Assembly (NCBI GenBank): GCA_039803745.1
Contig: JBDRZD010000040.1
Span: forward strand, 1 to 17,693
DNA: 17,693 bases
Reading direction: 5' to 3'
Source: a candidate division WOR-3 bacterium
Lineage (GTDB): Bacteria > Hydrothermota > Hydrothermia > Hydrothermales > Hydrothermaceae
Of this stretch, positions 1 to 8,595 are shown piece after piece; position 1 is the first letter of the stretch, and every line of letters starts with the position of its first letter. The position numbers and the translations under genes are program-made. The notes under the pieces were generated by a model. The model saw only the letters and a program-made list of their open reading frames with translations. It made no database searches and had not been told where the DNA came from.

Positions 1-1101
1 TTCAAAATAAACCCTTTCAACTTTTTCTGCTATTTTATCCCAATCAAAATTCTTTGAAAATTTTAATCCTCTTTCTGCAATCTCTTTTCTCAATTTTTCA
101 TCTTTGTAAATAGTTAAAATTTTTTCTGAAAGTTCTTTGTAATTGCCTTTTTCAAAAAGAATACCATTTTCAAAATTTTTTATAACCTCATTATATCCTG
201 GAATATTTGAAGCAATAACACATTTACCTGACGCCATCCCTTCTAAAAGAACTATTCCAAATGTTTCTCCACCTAAACTCGGTGCAACATATAAATCGCA
301 TGTTCTATAATATTCTGGTAATTTATCGGGCTTTACAAATCCTTCAAAAAAAACTTTTTCTTTTAATTTCTCAGAAACCATACTCTTATATTTTTCTTCT
401 TCTATTCCTTTTCCAACAACTATTAAAATTGCTGGAATTTTCTCATGAATCAATTCAAAGGCTTTCAAAAGGACAGGAAAACCCTTTCTTGGTTCAAGCC
501 TTCCAACATAAAGAATTTTGAATTCATATTTTAAAAATTTATCAATTTTTTTTCCTTCTGGTGAAAACCTTTTTGTATCTATTCCATTTGGTATTATCTC
601 ATATTTCTCTTTATAGGGAAAATATGGATAAAGTTCATCAAATGCCTTTTTTGAAACACATATTGCCTTATGAAGTTTTTTAAAATGATTTTTAAAGAAA
701 TACTTTGCAAATTTATAAAAATTATACCCATAAAAGGCTGTATGAAAGGTTGCAACATTTATACTTTTTGAAAAATGTAATGCTAAAAAAGGCAAATTTA
801 TTGCAAGTGGACCATGGGTATGGATAACATCAAATTTGTTTTCTCTTATAAATTCTTTAACTTCAAAAGGCAGTCTTAAAGAAAATGTCACTGTAACTTC
901 TGCTTGATTTGATTTGAATCTATAAACTTTACCAACTCTTTTAACATATTCTTCATCTTTTTCATCACCATATCTTCCTGTTAATATATAAACTTTGTGT
1001 CCTCTTTTTCTCAAAGAAAGACTTAAATGGTGCATATGCTCTGCAACACCACTTGGAAATGGATAATAGGCATCTGATACTTGAAGTATTTTTAATTTCA
1101 T
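1..1101 (-). CDS. Glycosyltransferase family 4 (GT-B, PimA-like); 3' end runs off the window
   Basis: Not in the ORF track; translated by hand from ATG 1101: MKLKILQVSDAYYPFPSGVAEHMHHLSLSLRKRGHKV...IIPNGIDTKRF...LYVGRLEPRKG...APSLGGETFGIVLLEGMASGKCVIASNIPGY. It has the GT4 E-x7-E signature, the frame is open to position 1, and the start overlaps the folC stop (ATGA). Confidence 0.92.
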   Translation of the reverse strand, partial: MKLKILQVSDAYYPFPSGVAEHMHHLSLSLRKRGHKVYILTGRYGDEKDEEYVKRVGKVYRFKSNQAEVTVTFSLRLPFEVKEFIRENKFDVIHTHGPLAINLPFLALHFSKSINVATFHTAFYGYNFYKFAKYFFKNHFKKLHKAICVSKKAFDELYPYFPYKEKYEIIPNGIDTKRFSPEGKKIDKFLKYEFKILYVGRLEPRKGFPVLLKAFELIHEKIPAILIVVGKGIEEEKYKSMVSEKLKEKVFFEGFVKPDKLPEYYRTCDLYVAPSLGGETFGIVLLEGMASGKCVIASNIPGYNEVIKNFENGILFEKGNYKELSEKILTIYKDEKLRKEIAERGLKFSKNFDWDKIAEKVERVYFE

Positions 1102-2342
1102 GAAGGTTCTTTATTCAAAAATTTATAAACTTCTTCAATTAAATAAAAGGAGCCTGTAACGCAAACATCTTTTTTAAAAAAATATTTTTCAAAAATTTTA
1201 AAGGATTCCTCATTTTTATCATAAACATTTATTCCAAATTTATTAAATTCCTTTTCTAAAAATTCTGGATGAATTGCTCTTGGATTTCTTGATTTTGTTA
1301 TTGCATAATCATAATCAAATCTTTTTAAAACCCATAAAATTCTTTTTAAATTCTTATCCTTATTTGTTCCAAAAATTATTAAAAATCTTTTTTCAGGATA
1401 ATAAATTTTTAAATTATTTAAAAAAGTGTAAAGGGAAAGTGAATTATGGGCACAATCTGTTATTATTAATGGATTTTCATTCAATATATCAAATCTTCCA
1501 GAAATTTTAAAATCTTTAAAATAAAAATTTTCAAAACCCATTAAAACTGCACAGGATGAAGCAAGAATTATATTGTAAACATTAAAATCACCTTTTAAAA
1601 TCCTTTTTATTCTATAATTTTTTGAGTTGAATTTTAAAAATATTTCCTTATCATCCATTTCAAAGGGAATATCCTTTCCAATGAAATATAAATCTGCCTT
1701 TTTTTTAATACATTCCTCTTCAATAATTTTTTTAACTTTTTTCCTCTGTGGAAGGGAAATTACAATATTTTTTTCTTTTATTATACTTGCCTTTTCCCAT
1801 GCAATTTTTTTAATATCATTCCCAAGTGTCTTTTCATGATCATAATCAATCTTTGTAATAAGTGTTATCTTTTGATCCAGAGCATTTGTGCAGTCAAGCC
1901 TTCCCCCAAGTCCTGCCTCAAAGATATTTATTTCATTATCTTTATCCTTAAAATATTTGAAGGCAATTGTTGTAAGGGCTTCAAAAAATGTTAATCTTTT
2001 AACATTTTCTTTTGATTTTATGAATTCAATACCTTCTGCAAGTTCCTCTTCCCTTATCTTTTCAAACCCTATCCTTATTCTTTCCTTTACATCAAGAATA
2101 TGAGGCGATGTATAAAGACCAACTCTTTTATTCAAACTTAAAAAAATTGAAGTTAATAAAAAAGCAGTTGTTCCTTTCCCTTTTGTTCCAACAACAGATA
2201 TGGGGAAATTTAAATCATACTGGGGATTATTTATTTTACTTAAAAATTCCATATACCCTTTGAAATCATATTCACCCTTTGGCATTTCCCTTTCATAATT
2301 CACAAGAGAGTAAAGATAATCAATTGCTTCTTTATGATTCAT
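1098..2342 (-). CDS. folC: Folylpolyglutamate synthase/dihydrofolate synthase (Mur ligase fold)
   Basis: Motifs VVGTKGKGTT, YTSPH..ERIRI, TFFE, EAGLGGRLDCTN, IDYDH, EKA.IIK, GRF, DCAHN, GSFYL. Confidence 0.93.
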   Translation of the reverse strand: MNHKEAIDYLYSLVNYEREMPKGEYDFKGYMEFLSKINNPQYDLNFPISVVGTKGKGTTAFLLTSIFLSLNKRVGLYTSPHILDVKERIRIGFEKIREEELAEGIEFIKSKENVKRLTFFEALTTIAFKYFKDKDNEINIFEAGLGGRLDCTNALDQKITLITKIDYDHEKTLGNDIKKIAWEKASIIKEKNIVISLPQRKKVKKIIEEECIKKKADLYFIGKDIPFEMDDKEIFLKFNSKNYRIKRILKGDFNVYNIILASSCAVLMGFENFYFKDFKISGRFDILNENPLIITDCAHNSLSLYTFLNNLKIYYPEKRFLIIFGTNKDKNLKRILWVLKRFDYDYAITKSRNPRAIHPEFLEKEFNKFGINVYDKNEESFKIFEKYFFKKDVCVTGSFYLIEEVYKFLNKEPS

Positions 2343-3049
2343 AGGATAAAAAAGGAAATTATTGAAAGAAATAAAGTATAAAAAGAAAAATAATGGAACT
2401 TTTTAATTTTTAAAATCTTATCAAGAATATAAAGGGAAAAAAGAGAAGCAAAAAAAGTAATTAAAAAACCAATAATATTTTCAAAATTTAAATTTATATT
2501 TTCAAATTCAAGAAGTCCACTTCCCAAGATAAGGGGAAGACCCATTAGAAAGGAAAACTCAAAGGCTTCTTTTCTATTGCATCTTAAAATTAAACCAGTT
2601 GATATTGTTGTTCCTGACCTTGAAATTCCCGGAAAAATTGAAAGTATTTGAAAAATACCTATAAGGAGTGCCTTTTTTATATCAACTCTTTCATTCCCCC
2701 TTTCCCTTGCAAAAAAAAGGATTATTGAATTTATTAAAAAAAATAAAAACAAATAGGAAGGAAAATCAAAAAATATTTCAAAAAATCTTTTAAAAAGAAA
2801 ACCTACTACACCTGCTGGAATTATCCCTATTATCACTTCTTTATAATAATTTTTATAAAAATTTAAAATTCTTTTTGAAAAATAAAAAACTATTGCAAGA
2901 GATGTTGAAACATGAAGAAGGACTTCCAAACCTATTCCTTTAGGATTATATTTCAATATATTCTCAAAAAAAACAAGATGACCTGAACTTGAAACTGGTA
3001 AAAACTCCGTTAATCCTTGGATTAAAGATAAGATTATGATTTTTATCAT
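2339..3049 (-). CDS. uppP: Undecaprenyl-diphosphate phosphatase (BacA/UppP)
   Basis: Signatures QGLTEFLPVSSSGH and PGISRSG; multiple hydrophobic segments. Confidence 0.95.
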   Translation of the reverse strand: MIKIIILSLIQGLTEFLPVSSSGHLVFFENILKYNPKGIGLEVLLHVSTSLAIVFYFSKRILNFYKNYYKEVIIGIIPAGVVGFLFKRFFEIFFDFPSYLFLFFLINSIILFFARERGNERVDIKKALLIGIFQILSIFPGISRSGTTISTGLILRCNRKEAFEFSFLMGLPLILGSGLLEFENINLNFENIIGFLITFFASLFSLYILDKILKIKKFHYFSFYTLFLSIISFFIL

Positions 3050-3612
3050 TTGATTTCAATCTTAGCAAAATAACTCAAACTCAGGCATCCAATTAATCTT
3101 TCTTCATGATAAATAATTTTTTCAAATAATTCACTATCTAAATTAAAAGGAGTATTAAAAACATTCGCATCTTTTTCAGAGACTATCCCTTTTATATCAC
3201 CTATTAATAGATAAAGTGGTTTTTTTTCAATTTCCACAAGAACATAATTTTTAATTTCAGGAGTTTTTATATTAAGAATTTTTGAAATATCAACAATGGG
3301 AACTATATTCTTTTTAAATCTTGCAAATCCAACAATATGATCAGGAAGACCTTCAGAAGTTATTATTTCTATCTTTGAATAAATTTCTTTTATTTTTTTT
3401 AAAGGTAAAGCATAAAATTCTTTATCTATTTCAAAAATTAAAAATTCTTTTTCTTTTATCTCTTCTTTTTTTGGGGTAGTTTTAATTTCTTTAAATTCTT
3501 CAATTTCTTTCTTAATCTCTTCTTCTTTGAATTCTGCTTCTTTTTTCTTTTCTTCTTTTTTACCCTTTTTCAGTATATCTATGAATTTGTCAAATCTAAG
3601 TTTTTCAATCAT
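3046..3612 (-). CDS. CheW-like domain protein with a Lys/Glu-rich N-terminal extension
   Basis: EFLIFEIDKEFYALPLKKIKEI...LPDHIVG....IVPIVDISKIL...LLIGDIKGIV follows the CheW pattern (YGI...V.EI, P...G..NLRG.IVP.VD, G..VD.V). The NLRG motif is degenerate. Confidence 0.75.
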   Translation of the reverse strand: MIEKLRFDKFIDILKKGKKEEKKKEAEFKEEEIKKEIEEFKEIKTTPKKEEIKEKEFLIFEIDKEFYALPLKKIKEIYSKIEIITSEGLPDHIVGFARFKKNIVPIVDISKILNIKTPEIKNYVLVEIEKKPLYLLIGDIKGIVSEKDANVFNTPFNLDSELFEKIIYHEERLIGCLSLSYFAKIEIK

Positions 3613-4133
3613 AATTCAAGAATTTGAATTTCCTCATTTGTATAAACACATAATCTTGCAGCTATTTTTAAACTTTCAATAACAATCTCTCTTGCAGAAA
3701 GATTTGTATGTTTTAAAAGAGCAAGAGCAGCAGCATATGCATATGGACCACCAGAACCAATTGCAGCAACATTTTCCTCTGGCTCTAAAACTTCTCCGTT
3801 TCCTGAAACTATCAATATTTTTTCCTTATTTAAAACAACCATTATTGCTTCAAGCCTCCTTAAAAATTTATCAGTTCTCCATTCCTTTGCAAAATTTACA
3901 CATGCCTTAACCAAATCTCCCTTTGCATCTTCAATTTTCCTTTCAAGATTCTCAAATAAAGCAAAAGCATCAGCAACCGCACCTGCAAAACCTGCAAGAA
4001 CCTGACCTTTATAAAGTTTAAATATTTTTTGCGCCTTATGCTTAACAATTGTTTCACCCATTGTTACCTGACCATCTGCTCCTATACATCCCTTCCCATC
4101 CTTTAAAACTCCTATAACTGTTGTTGCTTTCAT
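3609..4133 (-). CDS. hslV: ATP-dependent protease peptidase subunit HslV (ClpQ)
   Basis: MKA-TT N-terminal Thr nucleophile after a short propeptide; ADGQVT, GFAG..ADA, WRTD..LRRLEA, AIGSGG, CVYTN. Confidence 0.97.
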   Translation of the reverse strand: MKATTVIGVLKDGKGCIGADGQVTMGETIVKHKAQKIFKLYKGQVLAGFAGAVADAFALFENLERKIEDAKGDLVKACVNFAKEWRTDKFLRRLEAIMVVLNKEKILIVSGNGEVLEPEENVAAIGSGGPYAYAAALALLKHTNLSAREIVIESLKIAARLCVYTNEEIQILEL

Positions 4134-4141
4134 GATATTAA

Positions 4142-4171
4142 ATTATAAATTAACTTATATTTTACTTACAA
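4142..4171 (-). promoter_or_regulatory. Putative sigma70-type promoter of the hslV operon
   Basis: TTGTAA (4171-4166), 18 bp, TATAAT (4147-4142), 8 nt, ATG 4133. Confidence 0.6.
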
Positions 4172-4190
4172 ATATTATTTACTTTATAAT
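4161..4190 (+). promoter_or_regulatory. Putative sigma70-type promoter of the gmk operon (leaderless geometry)
   Basis: TTTACT (4161-4166), 18 bp, TATAAT (4185-4190), 6 nt, ATG 4197. Confidence 0.6.
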
Positions 4191-4196
4191 TTTTAA

Positions 4197-4802
4197 ATGA
4201 TTAAAAGGGAATTCAAAAGATTCTGTGTAATAATTTCAGGACCAACTGGAAGTGGTAAAACAACTATTTGTAAAAAACTTTTAGAAGGGAATAACGATTT
4301 TTTTTATTCAATTTCATGCACCACAAGGAAAAAAAGGGAAAACGAAATAAATGGAGAAGATTATTATTTTGTTTCAAAAGAAGAATTTGAAAAAATGATT
4401 AAAGAAGATAAATTCCTTGAATATGCAAAAATATATAATGAATACTATGGAACACCAAAGGAACCAGTATTTGAAAATTTAAAAAATGGGAAAATTGTGA
4501 TAATGGATATAGATTTTCAGGGAAAAAGAAAAATTCAAGAAAAAATGAAAGATATTGTTTCAATATATTTATTGCCACCATCCATTGAGGAACTTAAAAA
4601 AAGAATAGAAAAAAGGGAAAAAGATAAGGAAAATTTTTTAAAAAGATTTAAAGAAGCATTAAGAGAAATTGATTTATGGATAGACTATGATTATGTAGTT
4701 ATAAATGATGAAATTGAAAGGGCGATTTATGAAATAAAGACAATAATAGAGGCTGAAAAACTTAAAAGAGAAAGGCTTATAATTGAAAAGGAGGAAAGAT
4801 GA
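4197..4802 (+). CDS. gmk: Guanylate kinase
   Basis: P-loop SGPTGSGKTT; SISCTTR..R..E..G.DY.F, FLEYA, YYGT, DID.QG, LPPS, YDYVVIND. Confidence 0.97.
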   Translation: MIKREFKRFCVIISGPTGSGKTTICKKLLEGNNDFFYSISCTTRKKRENEINGEDYYFVSKEEFEKMIKEDKFLEYAKIYNEYYGTPKEPVFENLKNGKIVIMDIDFQGKRKIQEKMKDIVSIYLLPPSIEELKKRIEKREKDKENFLKRFKEALREIDLWIDYDYVVINDEIERAIYEIKTIIEAEKLKRERLIIEKEER

Positions 4803-6109
4803 TAGAAAGATATACACCCAAAGATTTTAAAAATTTTTTTTCAGATGAAGAAAGGTTTAAAATTTATTTAAAAATAGAAATATTAAATCTTGAAGCACTT
4901 TCAAAAAAGAGAATTTTAAAGAAAGAAATAGTTGAAAGAATAAAAAATAAAGTAAGAATAGATGTGGAAGATATTAAAAAAAGAGAGGAAGTTTTAAAAC
5001 ATGATGTAATTGCCTTTATCGAGTCTTGTACGAAAAATTTAAATGATGAAGAAAAAAGATTTTTTCATTTTGGCTTAACATCTTCTGATGTTGTTGATAC
5101 TGCCTTTTCATATATGCTTAAAGAAGGAATTGAAAAAGTTATTGAAAGACATAAAAATTATTTAAAAAATTTAAAGGAAATTTCAGAGAAATATAAATAT
5201 TTACCACAAATTGGTAGGACCCATGGAATGCATGCAGAACCAACGACACTTGGATTAAAATTTTTAAGTTTTTATTCAGAAGGGATGAGAAATTTAAAAA
5301 GACTTGAAATTGCAAAAAAAGAAATTTCCTATGGTAAAATTTCTGGTTCTGTTGGAAATTATTTAAATACCGACCCTTTTGTTGAAGAATATATATTGAA
5401 TAATCTTGGACTTTTACCAGAGCCTGTTTCAACTCAAATTGTTCCAAGGGATAGATATGCATTCTTAATGGGAACAATTGCATTATGTGCATCTTCTTTA
5501 GAAAGGCTTGCCTTTGAAATAAGAAATTTGCAAAGGGAAGAAATATTTGAAGTGGCAGAACCATTTACAGAAGGACAGAAGGGCTCTTCAAGTATGCCCC
5601 ATAAAAGAAATCCAATATTCTCTGAAAGAATATGCGGACTTTCAAGAGTTATAAGAGGTTATCTTTTAACTTCTTTAGAAAATATAGCCTTATGGCATGA
5701 AAGAGATATTTCCCATTCAAGTGCAGAAAGAATAATATTTCCTGATGCAATAATTTTGATTTCTTATATGTATGATAAAATAAATTATATAATTGAGAAT
5801 CTTGAGGTTTTTCCTGAAAATATAAACAAAAATTTGGAATTAACAAAAGGAATTATATTTTCTCAAAGTGTTATGAATGAACTTATAATAAAAGGTTTAA
5901 CAAGAGAAAAGGCTTATGAAAAAATTATGGAAATTGCAAGAATTTCAAGGAATAAAAAAATAGATTTTAAAAATGCTTTGCTTTCTGATAATGAAATAGG
6001 TAAATTTTTATCTAAAAAAGAAATTGAAGATATATTTGATTATAATAAAAAATTAAAAGAGAGAATTGATTTTATATTTGAAAGAATTTTAAAATTAAAC
6101 AATGAATAA
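4799..6109 (+). CDS. purB: Adenylosuccinate lyase
   Basis: KHDVIAF, HFGLTSSDVVDTA, GRTHGMHAEPTT, GSSSMPHKRNP, LWHERDISHSSAER; AGGAGG Shine-Dalgarno just upstream. Confidence 0.97.
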   Translation: MIERYTPKDFKNFFSDEERFKIYLKIEILNLEALSKKRILKKEIVERIKNKVRIDVEDIKKREEVLKHDVIAFIESCTKNLNDEEKRFFHFGLTSSDVVDTAFSYMLKEGIEKVIERHKNYLKNLKEISEKYKYLPQIGRTHGMHAEPTTLGLKFLSFYSEGMRNLKRLEIAKKEISYGKISGSVGNYLNTDPFVEEYILNNLGLLPEPVSTQIVPRDRYAFLMGTIALCASSLERLAFEIRNLQREEIFEVAEPFTEGQKGSSSMPHKRNPIFSERICGLSRVIRGYLLTSLENIALWHERDISHSSAERIIFPDAIILISYMYDKINYIIENLEVFPENINKNLELTKGIIFSQSVMNELIIKGLTREKAYEKIMEIARISRNKKIDFKNALLSDNEIGKFLSKKEIEDIFDYNKKLKERIDFIFERILKLNNE

Positions 6110-7409
6110 AATTTTTGGAGAAGAGTCTCTTATAATCATTATAGGTATAGGAATAGTTTTAATTGCTTTTATTTCTCTTTTTATAATAGAGTACCTTGAG
6201 AGAAGGAAACTTGAAAAAGAAATAAAAGTTTTAGAAAATAGGTTAAGAACACAGAGAGTTACTTATGAAACAATGGCAAGGGAACAGTCAATGAGGATAG
6301 ATGAACTTGGAGCCGAGATGATGGCAAGGAGCCGAATTATAGCACAAGTTCTTCATATTGCAGGAGTTTTAAATAATAAAGAACTTGAAAGAAAAGAAAT
6401 GCCCAAGAAATTATTAGAAGGTATAAGAAATATAATAAATGCTGAAGAGATATTCTTTTTTGAGGCAGAGGAAGGCGGTAAGTTACTTGTATTAAAAGAA
6501 ATAATATCAAAGGAAAAAGAGAAATATGAAAAAATGAAGATTGTTTATCCTATTGGAATAGGTCCTATTGGATACATAGCAAAATCACCAAAAGCACTTA
6601 TACTGGATGATATGGAACGAGAGGCTCTTTTAGAGGGAATAGACTTCAAGTCAAAGGATCCATATAGAATAGATTATGATATATGTGCAAGACTCTCTTA
6701 TGCAGAGCAAATATTTGGAGTTATAGCAGTAAGAAAAGTAAAACCATTAATTCAAAAAATAATCACACCAGAAGGGGACGAAAAAGAGCATCAAATAGGA
6801 GATAGAAAAACTGCATTAAGATATGCACAGGAGGCACTTCAAATGATTGCAGATTTAGGCTCTTTTGCAATTTATGGAGCAACATTAAGAGAAGAAATAC
6901 AAAAACTTGCTGATACTGATGGTCTCACAGGTCTTTATAATAAAAGATTCTTTATGGAACTTCTTGAAAAATATTTCAAAAAAGCAGAGGCGGAAAAAGA
7001 AAATATTGGCCTTTTTATCATGGATATAGATAATTTTAAAAAATATAATGATACATATGGACATCCTGCAGGGGATGATCTTTTAAGAGAACTTGCCAAA
7101 ATATTAAAGAGAATATGTGGAAATATAGGAGTTCCTGCAAGATATGGTGGTGAAGAATTTGTAGTAATTCTTTATGGGAAAAATAAAGTGCAAACACTTA
7201 GATTTGGTGAAATGGTGAGAGATGTTGTTGAAAAAACAAAATTCCCGAATGAACATACACAGCCTGGAGGAAAATTAACGATAAGCGGAGGCATTGCAAC
7301 ATATCCTGATGATGCAAAAGAACCGCTTGAACTTATAAAAAAGGCAGACGAAGCACTTTATTATGCAAAGTCAAAGGGAAAGAATAAGGTCTTCGCCTAC
7401 AGAGGGTGA
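6102..7409 (+). CDS. Membrane-anchored sensor diguanylate cyclase (TM, coiled coil, GAF-like, GGDEF)
   Basis: N-terminal hydrophobic helix and heptad-rich segment; GAF-like middle (GIGPIGYIAK...FGVIAV); TDGLTGLYNKR, DIDNFKKYNDTYGHPAGD, RYGGEEF, ADEALYYAK..GKN. Confidence 0.92.
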   Translation: MNKIFGEESLIIIIGIGIVLIAFISLFIIEYLERRKLEKEIKVLENRLRTQRVTYETMAREQSMRIDELGAEMMARSRIIAQVLHIAGVLNNKELERKEMPKKLLEGIRNIINAEEIFFFEAEEGGKLLVLKEIISKEKEKYEKMKIVYPIGIGPIGYIAKSPKALILDDMEREALLEGIDFKSKDPYRIDYDICARLSYAEQIFGVIAVRKVKPLIQKIITPEGDEKEHQIGDRKTALRYAQEALQMIADLGSFAIYGATLREEIQKLADTDGLTGLYNKRFFMELLEKYFKKAEAEKENIGLFIMDIDNFKKYNDTYGHPAGDDLLRELAKILKRICGNIGVPARYGGEEFVVILYGKNKVQTLRFGEMVRDVVEKTKFPNEHTQPGGKLTISGGIATYPDDAKEPLELIKKADEALYYAKSKGKNKVFAYRG

Positions 7410-8167
7410 AAATATTTTTTTCTATTTTCTTTTTTGTCATAGGAAGTGTATTTGGAAGTTTTTCAAATATGCTTATATACAGAATTCCAAGAGGAATTTC
7501 AATAATTTTCCCTTCTTCCTTTTGCCCAAGTTGTAAATCAAAAATTAAATTCTATGATAACATTCCAATAATAAGTTATATCATATTAAGAGGTAAATGT
7601 AGAAGTTGTAAAGCTCGAATTCCATTGAGATATTTTATTGTTGAAGTTTTAATGGCTTTTTTATTTTTATTTTCTTATTTAAAATTTAACATTTCTCTTA
7701 ATCTTTTAAAAATTTTAATATTTATTTTCATTTCAATAACAATATCATTCATAGACATTGAAAATATGATAATTCCAGACATTTTATCAATCCCTGGAAT
7801 AATTTCTGGATTTTTATTTTCTTTATTTTCCAGAAATTTTTTTAATTTCCTATTTGGAGGATTACTGGGCGCATTTATACCTTTTATTTTTTATATAATA
7901 GGCAAATTAATTAAAAAAGAATTAATGGGAGAAGGAGATATAATGGTTCTTTCAATGGTTGGAATTTATACTGGATGGAAAAATGTAATAATTACTTTAC
8001 TTATTGCCTCTTTTTTAGGAAGTATAATTGGAATAATTTTAAAAATAAAAAGTAAAACAAAATATCTGCCCTTTGCTCCTTTTTTATATTTCTCAGCCTT
8101 CCTTACCTTCTTCTATGATTTTTCCTCCCTTTTTCCTTATATTTTTTTCAAGGGCGATTTGAAGTAA
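7406..8167 (+). CDS. pilD: Prepilin peptidase (A24, PilD/ComC-like)
   Basis: GSF.N..IYRIP; two CxxC motifs (CPSC, CRSC); catalytic Asp contexts FIDIE...IPD and MGEGD; LPFAPFL. GTG start overlaps the upstream stop (GTGA). Confidence 0.93.
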   Translation: MKIFFSIFFFVIGSVFGSFSNMLIYRIPRGISIIFPSSFCPSCKSKIKFYDNIPIISYIILRGKCRSCKARIPLRYFIVEVLMAFLFLFSYLKFNISLNLLKILIFIFISITISFIDIENMIIPDILSIPGIISGFLFSLFSRNFFNFLFGGLLGAFIPFIFYIIGKLIKKELMGEGDIMVLSMVGIYTGWKNVIITLLIASFLGSIIGIILKIKSKTKYLPFAPFLYFSAFLTFFYDFSSLFPYIFFKGDLK

Positions 8168-8533
8168 TCGCGAATGCCATATAAGTTGGGGGAAATACAT
8201 CTTAAAATATCTGAACCCATAACCCCCTCTTACTTCATCCTGTATAACTCTTCTCAAAGTTTCTTCATCAGGTGTTTCTATTTCAAGATCTTTTGCATCA
8301 ATTTTTGATAAAATATTTGCAAGTTTTATTAAACTGTTAAACCATAAAGTATAATAGGGATAACCCTCAAAATTTCCAATTTGCCAATCCCTTTCAATTA
8401 TCTCCCTGAAATTAACAACAAGCGTCAGAAGATCAAAATCCTTGCCAAGTTCTCTTTCTATCATTTTAATTCTTTTTTCAAGATTATTTCTTCTTTCCTT
8501 TAAAAATCCAACTTCTTTTTCAATTTCTTCCAT
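8093..8533 (-). CDS. Hypothetical protein, 146 aa, N-terminal coiled coil
   Basis: Fills the gap between pilD and the next gene, has composition typical of the real genes here, and has TAAAAT 6 nt before its ATG. No family recognised. Confidence 0.7.
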   Translation of the reverse strand: MEEIEKEVGFLKERRNNLEKRIKMIERELGKDFDLLTLVVNFREIIERDWQIGNFEGYPYYTLWFNSLIKLANILSKIDAKDLEIETPDEETLRRVIQDEVRGGYGFRYFKMYFPQLIWHSRLLQIALEKNIRKKGGKIIEEGKEG

Positions 8534-8539
8534 AGTTAT

Positions 8540-8569
8540 ATTTTAAAGTAAAATACTTTTTGAATTCTA
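8540..8569 (-). promoter_or_regulatory. Putative promoter of the 146-aa hypothetical gene
   Basis: TAGAAT (8569-8564, weak), 18 bp, TAAAAT (8545-8540), 6 nt, ATG 8533. Confidence 0.45.
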
Positions 8570-8589
8570 TCTTATAAATAATTTATAAT
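8560..8589 (+). promoter_or_regulatory. Putative promoter of DUF4321-ispDF (leaderless geometry)
   Basis: TTGAAT (8560-8565), 18 bp, TATAAT (8584-8589), 6 nt, ATG 8596. Confidence 0.6.
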
Positions 8590-8595
8590 ATTAAA

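Noticed and set aside
261..521. 86-aa plus-strand ORF
   Set aside because: It is antisense to the GT4 glycosyltransferase and has no motif or start signal.
2736..3400. 8-nt A/T homopolymers as possible phase-variation sites
   Set aside because: Such runs are expected at this AT content and the reading frames are intact.
3430..3575. Low-complexity TTC/TTT-rich stretch resembling a tandem repeat
   Set aside because: It is the Lys/Glu-rich coding sequence of the CheW-like N-terminus and has no fixed repeat unit.
7040..7080. Hypr-type (3',3'-cGAMP-forming) GGDEF, suggested by the gmk/purB neighbourhood
   Set aside because: The guanine-specifying Asp in GHPAGD is retained, whereas Hypr enzymes carry Ser or Thr at that position.
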